Below, in pieces: positions 1 to 13,670 of a stretch of 64,000 bases of DNA. Every line of letters begins with the position of its first letter. Positions within the stretch are counted from its first letter, which is position 1. The DNA is taken from positions 682,001 through 746,000 of the forward strand of contig JAPDFW010000092.1 in the NCBI GenBank assembly GCA_028826165.1. The letters run 5' to 3'. The stretch is from Anaeramoeba ignava BMAN. Its lineage: Eukaryota > Protista > Anaeramoebae. The notes beneath the pieces were generated by a model. That model was not told the DNA's origin. It saw only the letters and a list, made by a program, of their open reading frames with translations, and did no database searches. A program made the translations under genes and the position numbers.

Positions 1-1119
1 TCGAGTTGGTATTGGACAAGAGATAAACATGTTAGTTATTCAATGAGAATAAAATAGAAAATATTAAATTAAATATTAAATTAAATATTAAATATTAAAA
101 TAAATATTAAAATAAATATTAAATTAAATATTAAATTAAATATTAAATTAAATATTAAATTAAATATTAATTTTTTATAAAAAGAATATCCCACCAAGTC
201 CAGTTAAATCATCTTTCAAAAGAATGCTTAGATATCATTTAGGATCTTTAGCTTTTGGAGCTTTATTAATTGCAATTGTTAGAATGATTCGTTATATGAT
301 TGAATTAATTCAAAGAAGATTAAAAAGAGCGAAAAAGAACAAGTGTATAAGTTATTGTTTTTATTGCATGAAATATTGTTTATATTGTCTTGAATCCTGG
401 TTAAAATTTATAACTCGAAATGCATATATTATGGTAAAAAATAAAATCGGAAAAAAATTAAAATTAAAATTAATTAAAATTAAAATTAAAATTAAAATTA
501 AAATTAAAATTAAAATTAAAATTAAAATTAAAATTAAAATTAAAATTAAAATTAAAATTAAAATTAAAATTAAAATTAAAATTAAAATTAAAATTAAAAT
601 TAAAATTTAAATTAAAATTAAAAATTAAAAATTAAAAAGATTGCTGTTTATGGAGAAAGCTTTTGTAAATCAACAAAAAGAGCTTATCATTTAATAGCAA
701 GAAATGCTATAAGAATGATGACAGTATCAATAATAGGAACATATTTATTTTTCTTAGGAAAAATTATGGTAACAGCAGTAGTAACAGTAATAAGTTTAGC
801 AATTTTACGATCAATTGGAACAATTTCTTTTTATATTGTTCCAGGAATTGTTTGCGCTATTTTAGCTTATGGAATTGCATCTTCATTTATGTCTGTATTT
901 GAAATGACTCTTGATACTTTGCTTCTTTGCTTTTGTGAAGACTCAGAAAGACATGATGGTAGTTCTCCTGATAAAGAACCTTATGCTTCTGAAAGATTGC
1001 GTAGATTTATGGATAATAATGCTGTTTCTGATAAAAATTTAAATTCTGATTCTGATTCTCATCATGATGACCATCAAAATGATAATCAAAAAGAAATTTT
1101 AAATGATAATCAAAACTAA
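1..1119 (+). CDS. Choline transporter-like (CTL/SLC44) protein, 3' part; exons <1-30, 185-433, 640-1119
   Basis: Spliced translation SSWYWTRDKH/NIPPSPV...RYHLGSLAFGALLIAIV...FITRNAYIM/IAVYGESFCKSTKRAY...DTLLLCFCED contains typical CTL motifs; GT-AG introns keep the frame. Confidence 0.92.
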
Positions 1120-1349
1120 TCAAAACTAATCAAGTTTCTTTTCTATTTTTCTTTTCTTTTCTTTTCTTTCTTTTTTTTTCAAATTTCCTTTTATTTTTCT
1201 TTCTTTTTTTTTCAAATTTCCTTTTATTTTTCTTTTGAAAAAAAATCAAACAAATCCAAAAAAAATGAAAAAGATTTTCTTTCTGAAAAATCAATCAAAA
1301 AAATCAATTTTTTCTTGTTTAAATTTGTTTAAATTTCTTTTTAAATTTC

Positions 1350-1575
1350 TTTATAAATTTGTTTATAAATTTGTTTATAAATTTGTTTATAAATTTGTTT
1401 ATAAATTCTTGTTAAATTTGTTTATAAATTTGTTTATAAATTTGTTTATAAATTTGTTTATTAATTTATTTGTTAAATTTGATTATAAATTTGTTTATAA
1501 ATTTGTTGTTAAATTTGTTTATAAATTTGTTTATAAATTTGTTTATAAATTTGTTTGTAAATTTGTTTATAAATT
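1350..1575. repeat. 12-bp tandem repeat (TTTATAAATTTG)n between convergent genes
   Basis: Directly visible; explains spurious ORF 1235..1582. Confidence 0.9.
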
Positions 1576-1578
1576 CTT

Positions 1579-4500
1579 TTAATCAAAATATAAAATAATT
1601 GGTATTTTATATTGATCACGTATGGAAATAATTTCTGAACTTAATAACTTTAATAAACTTAATGGTTGCAATTTATAATCTTTCACAGTTTTTGAAGTAG
1701 AAAAAAATTTAATTAAAATCTTCACAAATTTTTTAACAACAAAATCAAGATATTTTTCAGGAACAAGAACAAATAAATAAAAAGGAAATTGAGATACAAT
1801 ATCAAGAAAAAAAGAGTAAGGAAATGAAAAAACATTCAAAATTGAAGTGAAAATAATTGGAAAATCACCTTTATGGATAAAAGAATGAATAGTTTTGGGA
1901 TTTTTTGAATAAATTTCTGAATAAATTGTTTTTGGAAATTTTGAGCTTTCAAATTCTTGAGTTTCTATTTTTGATAACCATTGAGTATCATCATATTTTT
2001 TGTTCTTTTGCAAATTTTCATTTTGATTTTGATTTTCATTTTGATTTTGATTTTGATTTTGATTTTGATTTTGATTTTGATTTTGATTTTGATTTTGATT
2101 TTCATTTTCATTTTCATTTTTTGAATTATAATTATGATGATGATGAATTTGATGAAGAAATTTTTTAAATTGATTTTTACATTGAGAAATTATTTCTTGT
2201 GAATTTTTTGAGTCTGATAAACTTTTAAACATCAATACTCTTGGAAAATATAATTTTTTTGTTTGGATATCAATTGAAGGATTAAATGCCAAGTTATTTA
2301 AGTAAAAACCACGAGTGAAAAAAATGGGATAAAAAATATTTTCCCAAGGAAATGGAATCATCCATTTCGAACAAATCAATCGAACAAATTTTGGCAATCC
2401 AAGACCATCTTGATTTCCCAAACTATGAATATATGAAGACATTTGAGATATTAATTTCAATGTTTGATTTTCTTCCTTCTTTTCTTCTTCATTTTGTTTT
2501 CTATACACTATCGAGTTTATTGATAAATATTCTGAATTTTTCATAAATTTTGATCCAAATCCTTTAGAGTCTATTAAAGGTCCAAGAATCACACTTGTAA
2601 ATTGTTCCTGGAATTTTTTAAGATTTTGTACTATTTTGTTTCTCCATAATTTTTCTGATTCTGAATTGGAATTGAGGCATGAATGAATTTTTTTGTTTTT
2701 ATTAAATTTGAGGCATTCATATTGAGCCTTATTTCCATTTCCATTTTTATATTTATTTTGATTTTGATTTTTATATTTATTTTGATTTTGATTTTGATTT
2801 TGATTTTGATTTTTGATCTTGATTTTGATCACTTGATTCAATTGAAGTGAACGCAAAATATTCAAATAAAAAATGAAGTAGTTTTTTATCCAAAAAAATT
2901 GGATATGGTTTTTCTTCTTCAATTTCTTCATCGTTTTTATCTTCTCCAAATTCATTCCAAAAATCAGAATTTGGAACTAATTTTTGGTAATTTTCTGATA
3001 TTTGAGTTTGAACCAAAATATTTGCATTTATTTTTGATTCATTTCTTAATAAATGAGCATAATTTTCCATTCTGTAACCTCCAAAACAATATATTCTTTT
3101 ATATCCTTTTTTGGGAATCAAAATTATAAGAAAATCATCAATAAGTAAAGTACAAATTGTTTCATAATAAACTTTTTGTTCTTGTTTTTGTTCTTGTTTT
3201 TGTGCAAAATTAAGACTTGTTTCCTTTTTTTGGTTTTTGTTTGAATTTGATTCAATAATTGATAATAAAGATGATTTGTTTTCTTTCATTAACGTTTCAT
3301 ATGAAATTAATCCATCAGCATATTTTTGTCTATTGATTTTGATTTTGGAAATTTCACCCCAAATATTTTTTTGTAAATTTCCATTATCTTCAAATTGTGC
3401 TCGATTTTCTATTTGATTTTTAAATTATTATAATTTAATTTTTTATATTTTTTATATTTTTTATATTTCTTCAAATACCTTGATTTGAAATGTGAAGAAT
3501 TTGCTCTAATAAAATAAATGTATCGAAAACATCAATATTTTCATCAATTATTTTTGTTTCCAAAGTTAATAAGAAAAGACAAATTCTTTTTATAATATTA
3601 AAAGATTTAAGAATAAAACTATATCTAGCATTTGATAGAATAAAATGACCATTTCTGATAAAAAGTTTATAAAACAAGCTTTTTGCTTCATTCCAAAATT
3701 CAATAGCTTGAGTTAAATTATCTTCTAGTTTATAAATCTCAGCAAAATTAAGATAATTATTAAGAAGAAGAAATGGAGAGGAAATTTCAGATGCAATTTC
3801 CATTGAGAATGTTGTTGTATTTTCAATGAATTCTAACGGAATTTTGACGGTGTGAGCTTGGAAAGTATTTGAGTTTAATCTTTCTTTGATTTCTTCATTT
3901 TGATGCTTCAAATTCCTTTTCAATCGAGGCTTTTGAAAAGGTTTCTGAAGGTTTTTCTTCTCAAATAAATTCATCCCAGAAAGCGGAGGAAGCTTAGCAA
4001 CATTCGAGTATTTCTCTCCAAAAAACGCAACATTTGGGAAAATATAACTTAATAAACATTCTGCTATTTTATTATCAATTTTGCAAAGATGGAAATCATC
4101 TCCAATTGCATGATAATAACGATAGGCTTCTTGGAAATCAAACAAACATGAATTGATTAAATCGCCTGGGGTTTCAAAATTCAAAATTGTTGTTGGAGAT
4201 GATGGAAGTATTTTTCCAAATAACATCCGATCTTGTAAATTTGATGAAAGATCAAATTTCAAAGGGAATTGGAATTTAAATATTTTCTTTACTAAAGAAA
4301 ATAATGATTTTGCTTTGAGATAGTGATATTTTCCAAGAAGAGATATGTTATTTCCTTGTGTTGATTCGATTAATTTTTGAGACCAAAATTGAGAGTCTGC
4401 AAATTTTTCTGCTTGAATATAAGCGTTGATTAATAAAATCAAATAAACTGAATAATCATTGAAATATTTCGAATTAATTTCTTTGAAATTTTTATATTTC

Positions 4501-7500
4501 TGGATGTTTTGTTTTTGAGAATTATCGTAATTAAAGCTTTTGTTTCGATGTATATTTTGATTTTCATTTTCATTTTGATCTTGATTTTGATTTCGATTTT
4601 TATCTTGATTTTGATTTTGGAAATGCATAAAATGACCAGATTTTGATTTCTTATTGCGTTCAAATATTTCTTTTTTTTTGGATTGAAGCTGATTTTTGCG
4701 ATTCAAATCATCATATCGAAATTGAGTAAGTGCTTCTTCACGAAATTCATTTGCTTTATTCAAATTAAATTTCTTCAAATAATGAAAAGCCTTTGAAGTG
4801 GATCCTTTGGCTATATATGCTTTTGCAAGAAAGAGAAATGCTTTGGATTGTATCTGGATTGGAAGATGAAGATAATCCAATTCTTCGAGAATTTGGATTG
4901 CATTTTCAATCACAAGTTCCTTCAAACTAATCTTTGCCATTGTGAGTTTTAAAGAATGAATTTGCGCTTGATATTTCGACATTTTCAACTTGGGATCTTG
5001 AACCATATTTTGAACCGCCATTAATGTTTTCTCGATGACTAATCTGGCGTGTTCAAACTTGCTATTCTCAGTCAAAATACCCGAAATCACTTCTGAAAGA
5101 AAAATCATTTCATTTCTTTTTGCTTTTCTTGTTGATTCATCATTGATTTCGATGTAATACATCAGCGCTCGATGCCAATCTTGATTTTCTTGGCTTATCT
5201 CAGCGCATCTCCATCGAAAATACTCATCACTTTGCTTCATCAATCGCAATATTTTCAATGAGTTTTCAAGTGAAAGTATTGCGTATCTATATTTATCATT
5301 TGCAAGAAGAACTTCTCCATAATGAACTGAAGCATTAAATCCAAAATCAGAAATAATCGGACGAATGATCCGATAATATTCACTCCATATTGCTGCTTTT
5401 TCACAAGCAATTCCAAGAAAAAATCCCTCTTTTTCCTCCTTTGTTGAGTTCAATCGACTCAATATATATAAACTTTCAAACGCAAATTTTTCTGATAATT
5501 GCAACTGATTTGAATCAAAGTAATAGTAACTTAATCCAAATCCAACTTTTGCTTTCAGAATCCCACAATCAAGCATATAATTTGGTTGGATTTGTGAATA
5601 TAATTTCAGGATTGCTTCGATTCGATGTTGTTCATTGATAACCAAAGGATTTTCGAAATTTTTCAAAATTCTTTCCATTTTGTTATGATATTTATTTTCT
5701 TTCCATGATTTATTTGCTTTATTCTTTGGAAGTAACCAATTTGTATCATTTAAAGGAGAAAATCCTTTTAAATAAAGTTGTATATCAATCAACACAGTTA
5801 ATTTAAGATAATTTTCTAAAAAGAAAAAAATAAACGAAAAAATCAATTTAAATTTTAAATTTTAAATTTTCTTTTTTTTTCTTTTTTCTTTACCAAAATC
5901 TTCTTCGTTTTCTGTAAAGTTTTTCAGTAAAAAAAAATCCACAAATTCTTTCTCTTTTAAATCAATCTCATAAATTTCAATATATTTTTTAATTGTAGTT
6001 ATATCATTTTCAATATTGCTATCTTTTGAAATATGTGATTGATATTCAAGCATTAATAAATTGAATAAAAATTCCGCATTTGTATAAAAATTTTTCATTA
6101 TCTTTTCTATTATTGCAAGATGTTTTTTGATTTGATTAGGATTTTTTGACAACTGCATTCTAATCATTGCTAATGATATCATTGAAATATTTTGATTGAA
6201 TTGTGGGGAAATAGAAATAGTGTTTGATTGAAGTAATTTAAAGAATTCTAATATTAAACTTGTTGCTTGTTGATCAAGATTATTTGAAATGAGTTTGGAA
6301 ATTTTTTTCAAGTATTTTAAAGCAATTTCTTCAGAAATTCTCATATTCTTTTAAAAAAATTTTTTTTTTAATTAATTAATTGAAATATTTTTTTTTTAAT
6401 TGATTGAATTAAAATTAAAATTACAAATTGATTTTTCTTTAAAGTTTTTCTTGATTTTTTTCTAATTTTAGTTGAATTTAAAAATGGTTCAATTAAATTT
6501 GTTAACCAATTTTCTAATTGAGCTTCATTAAAAATTCTAACTCCAATATTTGGCCAAGAAGAATAAAGAAGAGAAGGAATTGGATATTTAATAACTTGAA
6601 CATGATCCAAATTTGAGTCTATAATTTTCCATCTTTCAGGAAAAATTGAAGAAGAATTTTTTAAAAGATCATCTCTCATCTTTTTTTATAAATATTTTTA
6701 TAAATTTTTTTATAAATTTTTTTATAAATTTTTTTATAAATTTTTTTATAAAATTTTTATAAATTTTTATAAATTTTTATAAATATTTTTATAAATTTTT
6801 ATATTTCAGATTTTTAAAAATATTTTTATAAATTTTTATAAATTTTTTATAAATTTTTATAAATTTTTATAAATTTTTATAAATTTTTATAAATTTTTTA
6901 TAAATTTTTTATAAATTTTTATAAATTTTTATAAATTTTTTATAAATTTTTTTATTTTACAATTTCTTTGAATATTTCAGATAATTTTGAAAATGTTTGT
7001 GATCTTTGAGTTTGTGATATTTTTTCTTGAGCTGTAATTTCTAAATCCCAATCTTCATCTTCTGATTTTTCTAATTCTTTCTCAATTTCTTGTTTTTTGA
7101 TTTGATCATTAAGGTTGCTATGAGAAGTCATAAAATCTTGAATTCCATCAATTTCCATACGATCTACACTAAACAAACAAGATTTTCTCTAATATATATT
7201 TTTAATTTTGAATTGAAATATATTTTTTTAATTTTGAATTGAAATATATATTTTATTTTGAATTGGAATATATTTCTTAATTTTGAATTGAAATATATAT
7301 TTTTTATTTTGAATTGAAATATATTTTTTAATTTTGAATTGAAATATATTTTTAATTTTTGAATTGAAATATTTTTTAATTTTGAATTGAAATATATTTT
7401 TAATTTTGAATTGTAATATATTTTTAATATTTATTTTGAATTGAAATATATTATTTTTAATTTGAATTATAAAATATATTTCTTAATTTTGAATTATAAA

Positions 7501-10226
7501 ATATATTTTTAATTTTGAATTGAAATAAATATATTTTTTAATTTTGAATTGTTATATTTTAATTTTGAATTGAAATATATTTTTAATTTTGAATTGTAAA
7601 TATATTTATTTTTGAAATATATTTTTAATTTTGAATTGGAATATATTTTTAATTTTGAATTGAAATATATTTTTAATTTTTGAATTGGAATATATTTTTA
7701 ATTTTTGAATTGAAATATATTTTTTAATTTTGAATTGAAATATATTTTTATTTTTGAATTGTAATATATTTTTTATTTTGAATTGAAATATATTTTTATT
7801 TTTGAATTGAAATATATTTTTAATTTTTGAATTATTATATTTTTTTTAATTTTGAATTGGAATATATTTTTTAATTTTGAATTGAAATATATTTTTTAAT
7901 TTTGAATTGAAATATATTTTTATTTTGGATTGTAATATATTTTTATTTTTTGAATTGAAATATTTCTACTTGAATATTTTGCATTTTTGATTTTTTTTGA
8001 TTTAAAATTCTTTGTGCTTCTGAATGAATTCGATCTTGTCTTGACATTTTTGCAAAATTTCTTGCAAATTTAAGATAATTTAATCCAACTTCTTTCCTCA
8101 TTCCTAAAAAAGGAAAAGGAGATGAACATATTCTTCCAACTGAAAGACAAAGCAAAGATAATTCTGCAAAAATTTGATTTTTCAAATTATTTTCGTCTTG
8201 ATATTCAACTTTGTTTTCAACTTGAAAATTTTTTGCGGTTTTAATAACTGTTTCTTGAACTTTTTTCTTTTGATTTCCACAAAATCCATTTTCACATATA
8301 ATTTTAAGTATTAATTTAAAAGACATTGCATAATAATATAAAGCTTTTTGAATTTTTTTTTTGATTTCATAATATCTTCCAATATTGTAATAAGATTTTC
8401 TTTGTATTTCTTCTGCTTTTTCTTTTTGTGCTAATGAAGCACATTTTTTAAATAATTGTTTTGAATTTTTTTCCATTCCTAAAACTTGTGTAATTTCTGC
8501 AAATTTAAAAATGAATTCCATTTCTTTTTGCCGGATATTATTATTATCGTTATATTTTCTATAACTTGAAATACCATCAACAGCTTTTGTATAATATTCT
8601 AATGCTTCTTTTTTTAGTTTATTTGATTCGAAAATTTTTCCAATTTCAAAATTTAGTTGTGCTTGATTTAATAAAGAATCTTGATTCTATTTAGTTTTCA
8701 TATAAATTATAATTTTAATTTTAATTTTAATTTTAATTTTAATTTTAATTTTAATTTTAATTTTAATTTTAATTTTAATTTTAAATTTTAATTTAATTTT
8801 AATTTTAATTTTAATTTTAATTTTAATTTTAATTTTAATTTTAATTTTAATTTTAATTTTAATTTTAATTTTAATTATAATTTTAATTTTAATTTTAATT
8901 TTAATTTTAATTTTAATTTTAATTTTAATTAATTTTAATTTTAATTTTAATTTTAATTTTAATTTTAATTTTAATTTTAATTTTAATTTTGATTTTAATT
9001 TTGATTTTAATTTTAATTTTAATTTTAATTTTAATTTTAATTTTAATAATTTTAATTTTAATTTTAATTTTAATTTTAATTTTAATTTTAATTTTATAAT
9101 TTGATTTTAATTTTTACATCCGAAATAGGATATTGTATTTTCAATTCAGAAATTTGTTGTTGAATGTTATTTTCATTCATTTCTTTAAATTTAAGTATTT
9201 TTTTTGGTGGAAATTTCCGTTCAGTAATTGGTTGATTTATATTTAATGGAAAAGAATTTTTCACTTTTAATTCATTATCATTATTATTGTTATTTTTATT
9301 ATTCTCTTTATTGTTATTTTGTTTAGTTTTTTCATCATCTGATTGAAAGAATTTTTTGTCTAAATTTATTTGAAGAGATTTAGAAGGTTTCAATTTTTTT
9401 TTCTCTAAATATGATAAATTTGTTAATGGTGAATCAATATCTAATAATGAATTCACCGATCTTTTAATATCTTCTCGAAAAACTTCAAAACCAGTTTGTT
9501 CTTGTGGAATTTCTATTTTAATTTAATTTTAATTTTAATTTTGATTTTTATTTTATAAATGAATTTTAATTTTAATTTTAATTTTAAATTTAATTTTAAT
9601 TTTAATTTTAATTTTAATTTTAATTTTAATTTTAATTTTATAAATGAATTTTAATTTTAAATTTAATTTTATAAATGAATTTTAATTTTAATTTTAATTT
9701 TAATTTTAATTTTAATTTTAATTTTAATTTTAATTTTATAAATGAATTTTAATTTTATAAATTAATTTTAATTTACGAGATAAAATCTTTAAATAATTCC
9801 GAAGAATTTTTGCAATTGAATCAGGCCTTTTAGGTGTATCTGTTTTACTAATTGATTTAAAAATTGTTGTACGAAGTTTTCTTGCTAAAAACAATAAAAA
9901 AAAAATTTTTTTTTTTAATATAATTTTAAATAAAAAAAAAAGGAAAATCAATTAAGAAAATAAAAGAAGAATAAATTTTAAAAAGATAAAATACGAGTAA
10001 GTAAATTTTCTATTTTTCCTTGTTTTTGAGGACTTTTAGAATCAATATTTCCAAGTTTTTCATTTGGATCTAAATTAAAAATTGTATTTGAATTATTGTT
10101 TTCTTGTTCTTCAAAAATAAAATCATTTTCCCAATCAGTTTCAATATTTTTTCTATCTGCATAAACACCAATAATTTGAGGGTTATTTCCTCCTTGAATA
10201 AGAGGTAAATCTAATTTTAAAGTCAT
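1579..10226 (-). CDS. Large multi-exon TPR/alpha-solenoid-like protein of unknown function
   Basis: Co-oriented ORFs 9978-10226, 9094-9456, 7943-8521, 6952-7176, 6368-6679, 5862-6344, 3471-5846, 2777-3289 and 1579-2955 are separated by repeat-filled GT-AG introns; TPR-like segments (KSYYNIGRYYEIKKKIQKALYYY; LAKAYIAKGSTSKAFHY); apparent homopolymer frameshift near 2810; could be two genes. Confidence 0.6.
7192..7960. repeat. Intronic minisatellite, ~26-28 bp unit (TTTTGAATTGAAATATATTTTTTAA-like)
   Basis: Directly visible degenerate tandem array inside a predicted intron. Confidence 0.9.
8708..9112. repeat. Intronic (ATTTTA)n microsatellite
   Basis: Directly visible. Confidence 0.92.
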
Positions 10227-10362
10227 AAATTGAAAAAAAGATTAAAAAAAAATGAAAAAAAATGAAAAAGAAAATTTCAACGTTTTTTATTTTAATTTTT
10301 TTTTTAAATTTAAATTTTAATTTTTTCATTTTTTTGCTTTTTTATTTCTTTTAAAAAAAAAA

Positions 10363-11547
10363 ATGATTAAAAAAGAAAAAAATCAAAATAATTCTGAAGA
10401 ATTTAAACCTTATAGACATTTAATTGTTGGAGCTCTTTCTAAAATTATTAGTACTTTAGTAACAACTCCAATTGACACAAGAAAAACAAGAACACAATTT
10501 TACGGAGAAACAGCAAAAAAAACATATGCACAAAAAGGGCTTTTACCAAATTTATTATCAACTGTACCAACAAGTGCTTTATCCTTCTTAATTTATCATC
10601 ATATTAAAGTCAATTCCGGCAAATCCAAAATTGAATTGAAAATTTTGCCAAATCAACCTTTTACTTCCATTTATCTGTTTGGAAAATCCATTTTCCTTCA
10701 TTATCGCCCTGTATTTGATGCTGCGGTTGTAAGAGCATTCATTATTTTGATTCGAAATCCATTCGAAATTGCAAAAATGAGAATGCAACTTGAAGGAACA
10801 ACAAAGAAAATCAAACCGCTCAATTTCAAAAATACTCTCTTAAAAACAACCAATAAATATGGATTTTCTGAGCTTTTTGCAGGTTATTCTGCTTATCTAA
10901 TGAGGGATTTTCTGGCTTATCCTCTTTATTGGGGAACTTATGATATTGTCAAAAATATTCAATTCAATTACATCAATAAAAATCACTCTATAAAAAACCC
11001 CAAAAAATTGGGTCCTTTAAACCACATGATTTCTGCTTCTGCTGCTACTTTGATTTCTTCTATTTTCACCATTCCCTTTGATGTTGTTAAAACAAAATTA
11101 CAAACAAGAACTTTAATTCCAGATGGTCAAACTAAATACTCAAATATCTTCAAAACTTTCCAAACTATTTATAAAGAAAATGGTATCAAAGGCTTTACTC
11201 AAGGTTTATCTTCAAGATTATATACTGTTTTGCCTTCTGCTATTATTTCTTTTATTGTTTATGAATATTTGATTGAAAAGTGGAATGAATTTGATCAAAA
11301 TCAAAATCAAAATCAAAATCAAAATCAAAATCAAAATCAAAATCAAAATTTCAAAGTTTTTCCTTTACAAAAAATTGATTCAATGTTTTTCAAAATTTAC
11401 AATTTTTTCAATCATAACAATAATGTAGTTTTTTCTCCCAATTTCGATCAATATTATATTCCAAATTATATTTCAAACAACATCTCAAAATATATTCCAA
11501 AAAATATTCCAAAATATATTCCAAATTTTAATCAAAAGAAAATTTGA
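10363..11547 (+). CDS. Mitochondrial carrier family (SLC25) protein
   Basis: Three Px[DE]xx[KR]x[KR] signatures: PIDTRKTR, PFEIAKMR, PFDVVKTK; C-terminal QN-rich extension. Confidence 0.92.
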   Translation: MIKKEKNQNNSEEFKPYRHLIVGALSKIISTLVTTPIDTRKTRTQFYGETAKKTYAQKGLLPNLLSTVPTSALSFLIYHHIKVNSGKSKIELKILPNQPFTSIYLFGKSIFLHYRPVFDAAVVRAFIILIRNPFEIAKMRMQLEGTTKKIKPLNFKNTLLKTTNKYGFSELFAGYSAYLMRDFLAYPLYWGTYDIVKNIQFNYINKNHSIKNPKKLGPLNHMISASAATLISSIFTIPFDVVKTKLQTRTLIPDGQTKYSNIFKTFQTIYKENGIKGFTQGLSSRLYTVLPSAIISFIVYEYLIEKWNEFDQNQNQNQNQNQNQNQNQNFKVFPLQKIDSMFFKIYNFFNHNNNVVFSPNFDQYYIPNYISNNISKYIPKNIPKYIPNFNQKKI

Positions 11548-11715
11548 ATTGAAAAAGATCATTTCAAAATTTAATTCCTTTTTATTTTATTTTGAAAAAA
11601 CAAAAAACAAAAAACTTTTTGGATTAAAGGAAAAGTAAAAGAAGTTATAAATTAGAAAATAATTTTTTTGATTTTAATTTTGATTTTAATTTTAATTTTG
11701 ATTTTAATTTTGATT

Positions 11716-13090
11716 TTAATTTTGATTTTGGATTTTGAAAATAGAACATTGATTTGGATAATCTTTTTTCCAAATCATTGCATGATGATGATATCTTTCT
11801 GCATTTTTCATATGCATAGTTTTTTGTAAGAATCCAGAAACACCTCTTCTTGTGCTAATAAACTTTGTTTTTTTGTTTTTTTGAGAGACATTTTTTTGTT
11901 TGCAAATTAAATAACTCATTAACTGAATTGCATATTTATCAATTTCTAATCTTTCTGGTCCATTTATGTTATTGAAATTTTTAAAAGTTGTAGAAGTCCA
12001 TCCTTTCATCCATTTTGGTTTGAATCCTGCAATAATATCCATTCTTTGTCCAATACTTCTACTTTTTTCAAAGATTTTTTGGAGATTTCGGAGATGTGAT
12101 TTTTCTCTTTGATTTAAATGATTCAAAAATTCTTCCAAATTTGGTTGATTTTGATTTCTTTTCTGATTTTGATTTCTTTTTGGTTGATTTTGATTTTGAT
12201 TTTGATTTTGATTTTGATTTTGATTTTGATTTTGATTTTGATTTTGATTTTGATTTTGATTTTGATTTTGATTTTGATTTTGATTTTGATTTTGATTTTG
12301 ATTTTGATTTTGATTTTGATTTTGATTTTGATTTTTGATTTTGATTTTGATTTTTGATTTTGATTTTGATTTTGATTTTGATTTTTTTTTGGTTGATTTT
12401 GATTTTGATTTTGATTTTGATTTTGATTTTGATTTGAATTTTGATTTTGATTTTGATTTTGATTTGAATTTTGATTTGAATTTTGATTTTGATTTTGATT
12501 TTGATTTTGATTTTGATTTTGATTTTGATTTTGATTTTGATTTTGATTTTGATTTTGATTTTGATTTTGATTTTGATTTTGATTTGAATTTTGATTTGAA
12601 TTTTGATTTGAATTTTGATTTTGATTTTGATTTTGATTTGAATTTTGATTTTGATTTTGATTTTGATTTTGATTTTGATTTTTGATTTTGATTTTGATTT
12701 TGATTTTGATTTTGATTTTGATTTTGATTTTGAATTAGATTTTTAATATGATTTTGAATTTGAATTTGAATTTGATTTTGATTTTTGATTTTGATTTTGA
12801 TTTTGTTGATTTAATTGATTTAATTCAATTTTTTCAGTTTGTTGATTTAGTTTTATTTGCCGTATTTCATTTAATTGTTCCTCCAAATCAAAATTGTCTG
12901 GAATTCCACTTAAATAATTTAAATGAGAAGGTAAAAAAGGATCATTTAATTCAAAATTTGAATAAATTAGTCCATTTATAGAATTATTTGAAATAAAACC
13001 GAATTCATCTGTTTTTAAAGTGTCCAAATATTGAATTTTCATTTGTGAAGTTTTTATTAAATTTTGTTTTGGACTTTCTCTAATTTTCAT
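11716..13090 (-). CDS. Hypothetical protein with a long central QN tract (frameshifted, or interrupted by a repeat-filled intron)
   Basis: Non-repetitive ORFs 12743-13090 and 11716-12138 flank a (CAAAAT)n tract; no family recognised. Confidence 0.5.
12150..12805. repeat. (GATTTT)n microsatellite
   Basis: Directly visible. Confidence 0.95.
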
Positions 13091-13396
13091 CTTAAAAAAT
13101 AATAATAAAAATAATAAAAAAAAATAATAAAAAATAATAAAAATGAAAAAGAGAACAAAAAAAAATGATTGCTTATTTTTATTTGAGACAAATTTTTTGT
13201 CTTTAATTTTGGATCATTTACCTTTATTCCACGTAATTTTAAATAATTAAAGAAAAAAAAATTTTTTTTTAATTATTTAAAAAATAAAAAAATAAAAAAA
13301 CTGTCCAATTTTATTTATTTTAATTAATTAAATAAAAAATAAATAAAATAATTTTTTGCTTTTTTCCTTTTTTTAATTAAAAAAATTAATTAAATT

Positions 13397-13523
13397 AAAT
13401 AAGGAAAAAAAAAGGTGAATTAATTAATTTAAATAAGGAAAAAAAAAGGTGAATTAATTAATTAAAATAAGGAAAAAAAAGGTGAATTAATTAATTAAAT
13501 AAGGAAAAAAAAAGGTGAATTAA
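13397..13523. repeat. ~34-bp tandem repeat x4 (AAATAAGGAAAAAAAAAGGTGAATTAATTAATT)
   Basis: Four near-identical intergenic copies. Confidence 0.85.
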
Positions 13524-13670
13524 TTTTGTTTGATTTTGTTTTGTTTGTTTTTAATTAAAAATGATCAAGGAAAAAAAAAGAAAAAAAAACAGGAAAAAAA
13601 ACAAAAACAGGAAAAAAAAAGTGGATAGATTTGGGTTTAAAAGAAAAGTAAAAAACAAAAAAAACAAATT

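Noticed and set aside
13397-13523. CRISPR-like appearance of ~34-bp repeats
   Set aside because: No unique spacers, no cas genes, eukaryotic context.
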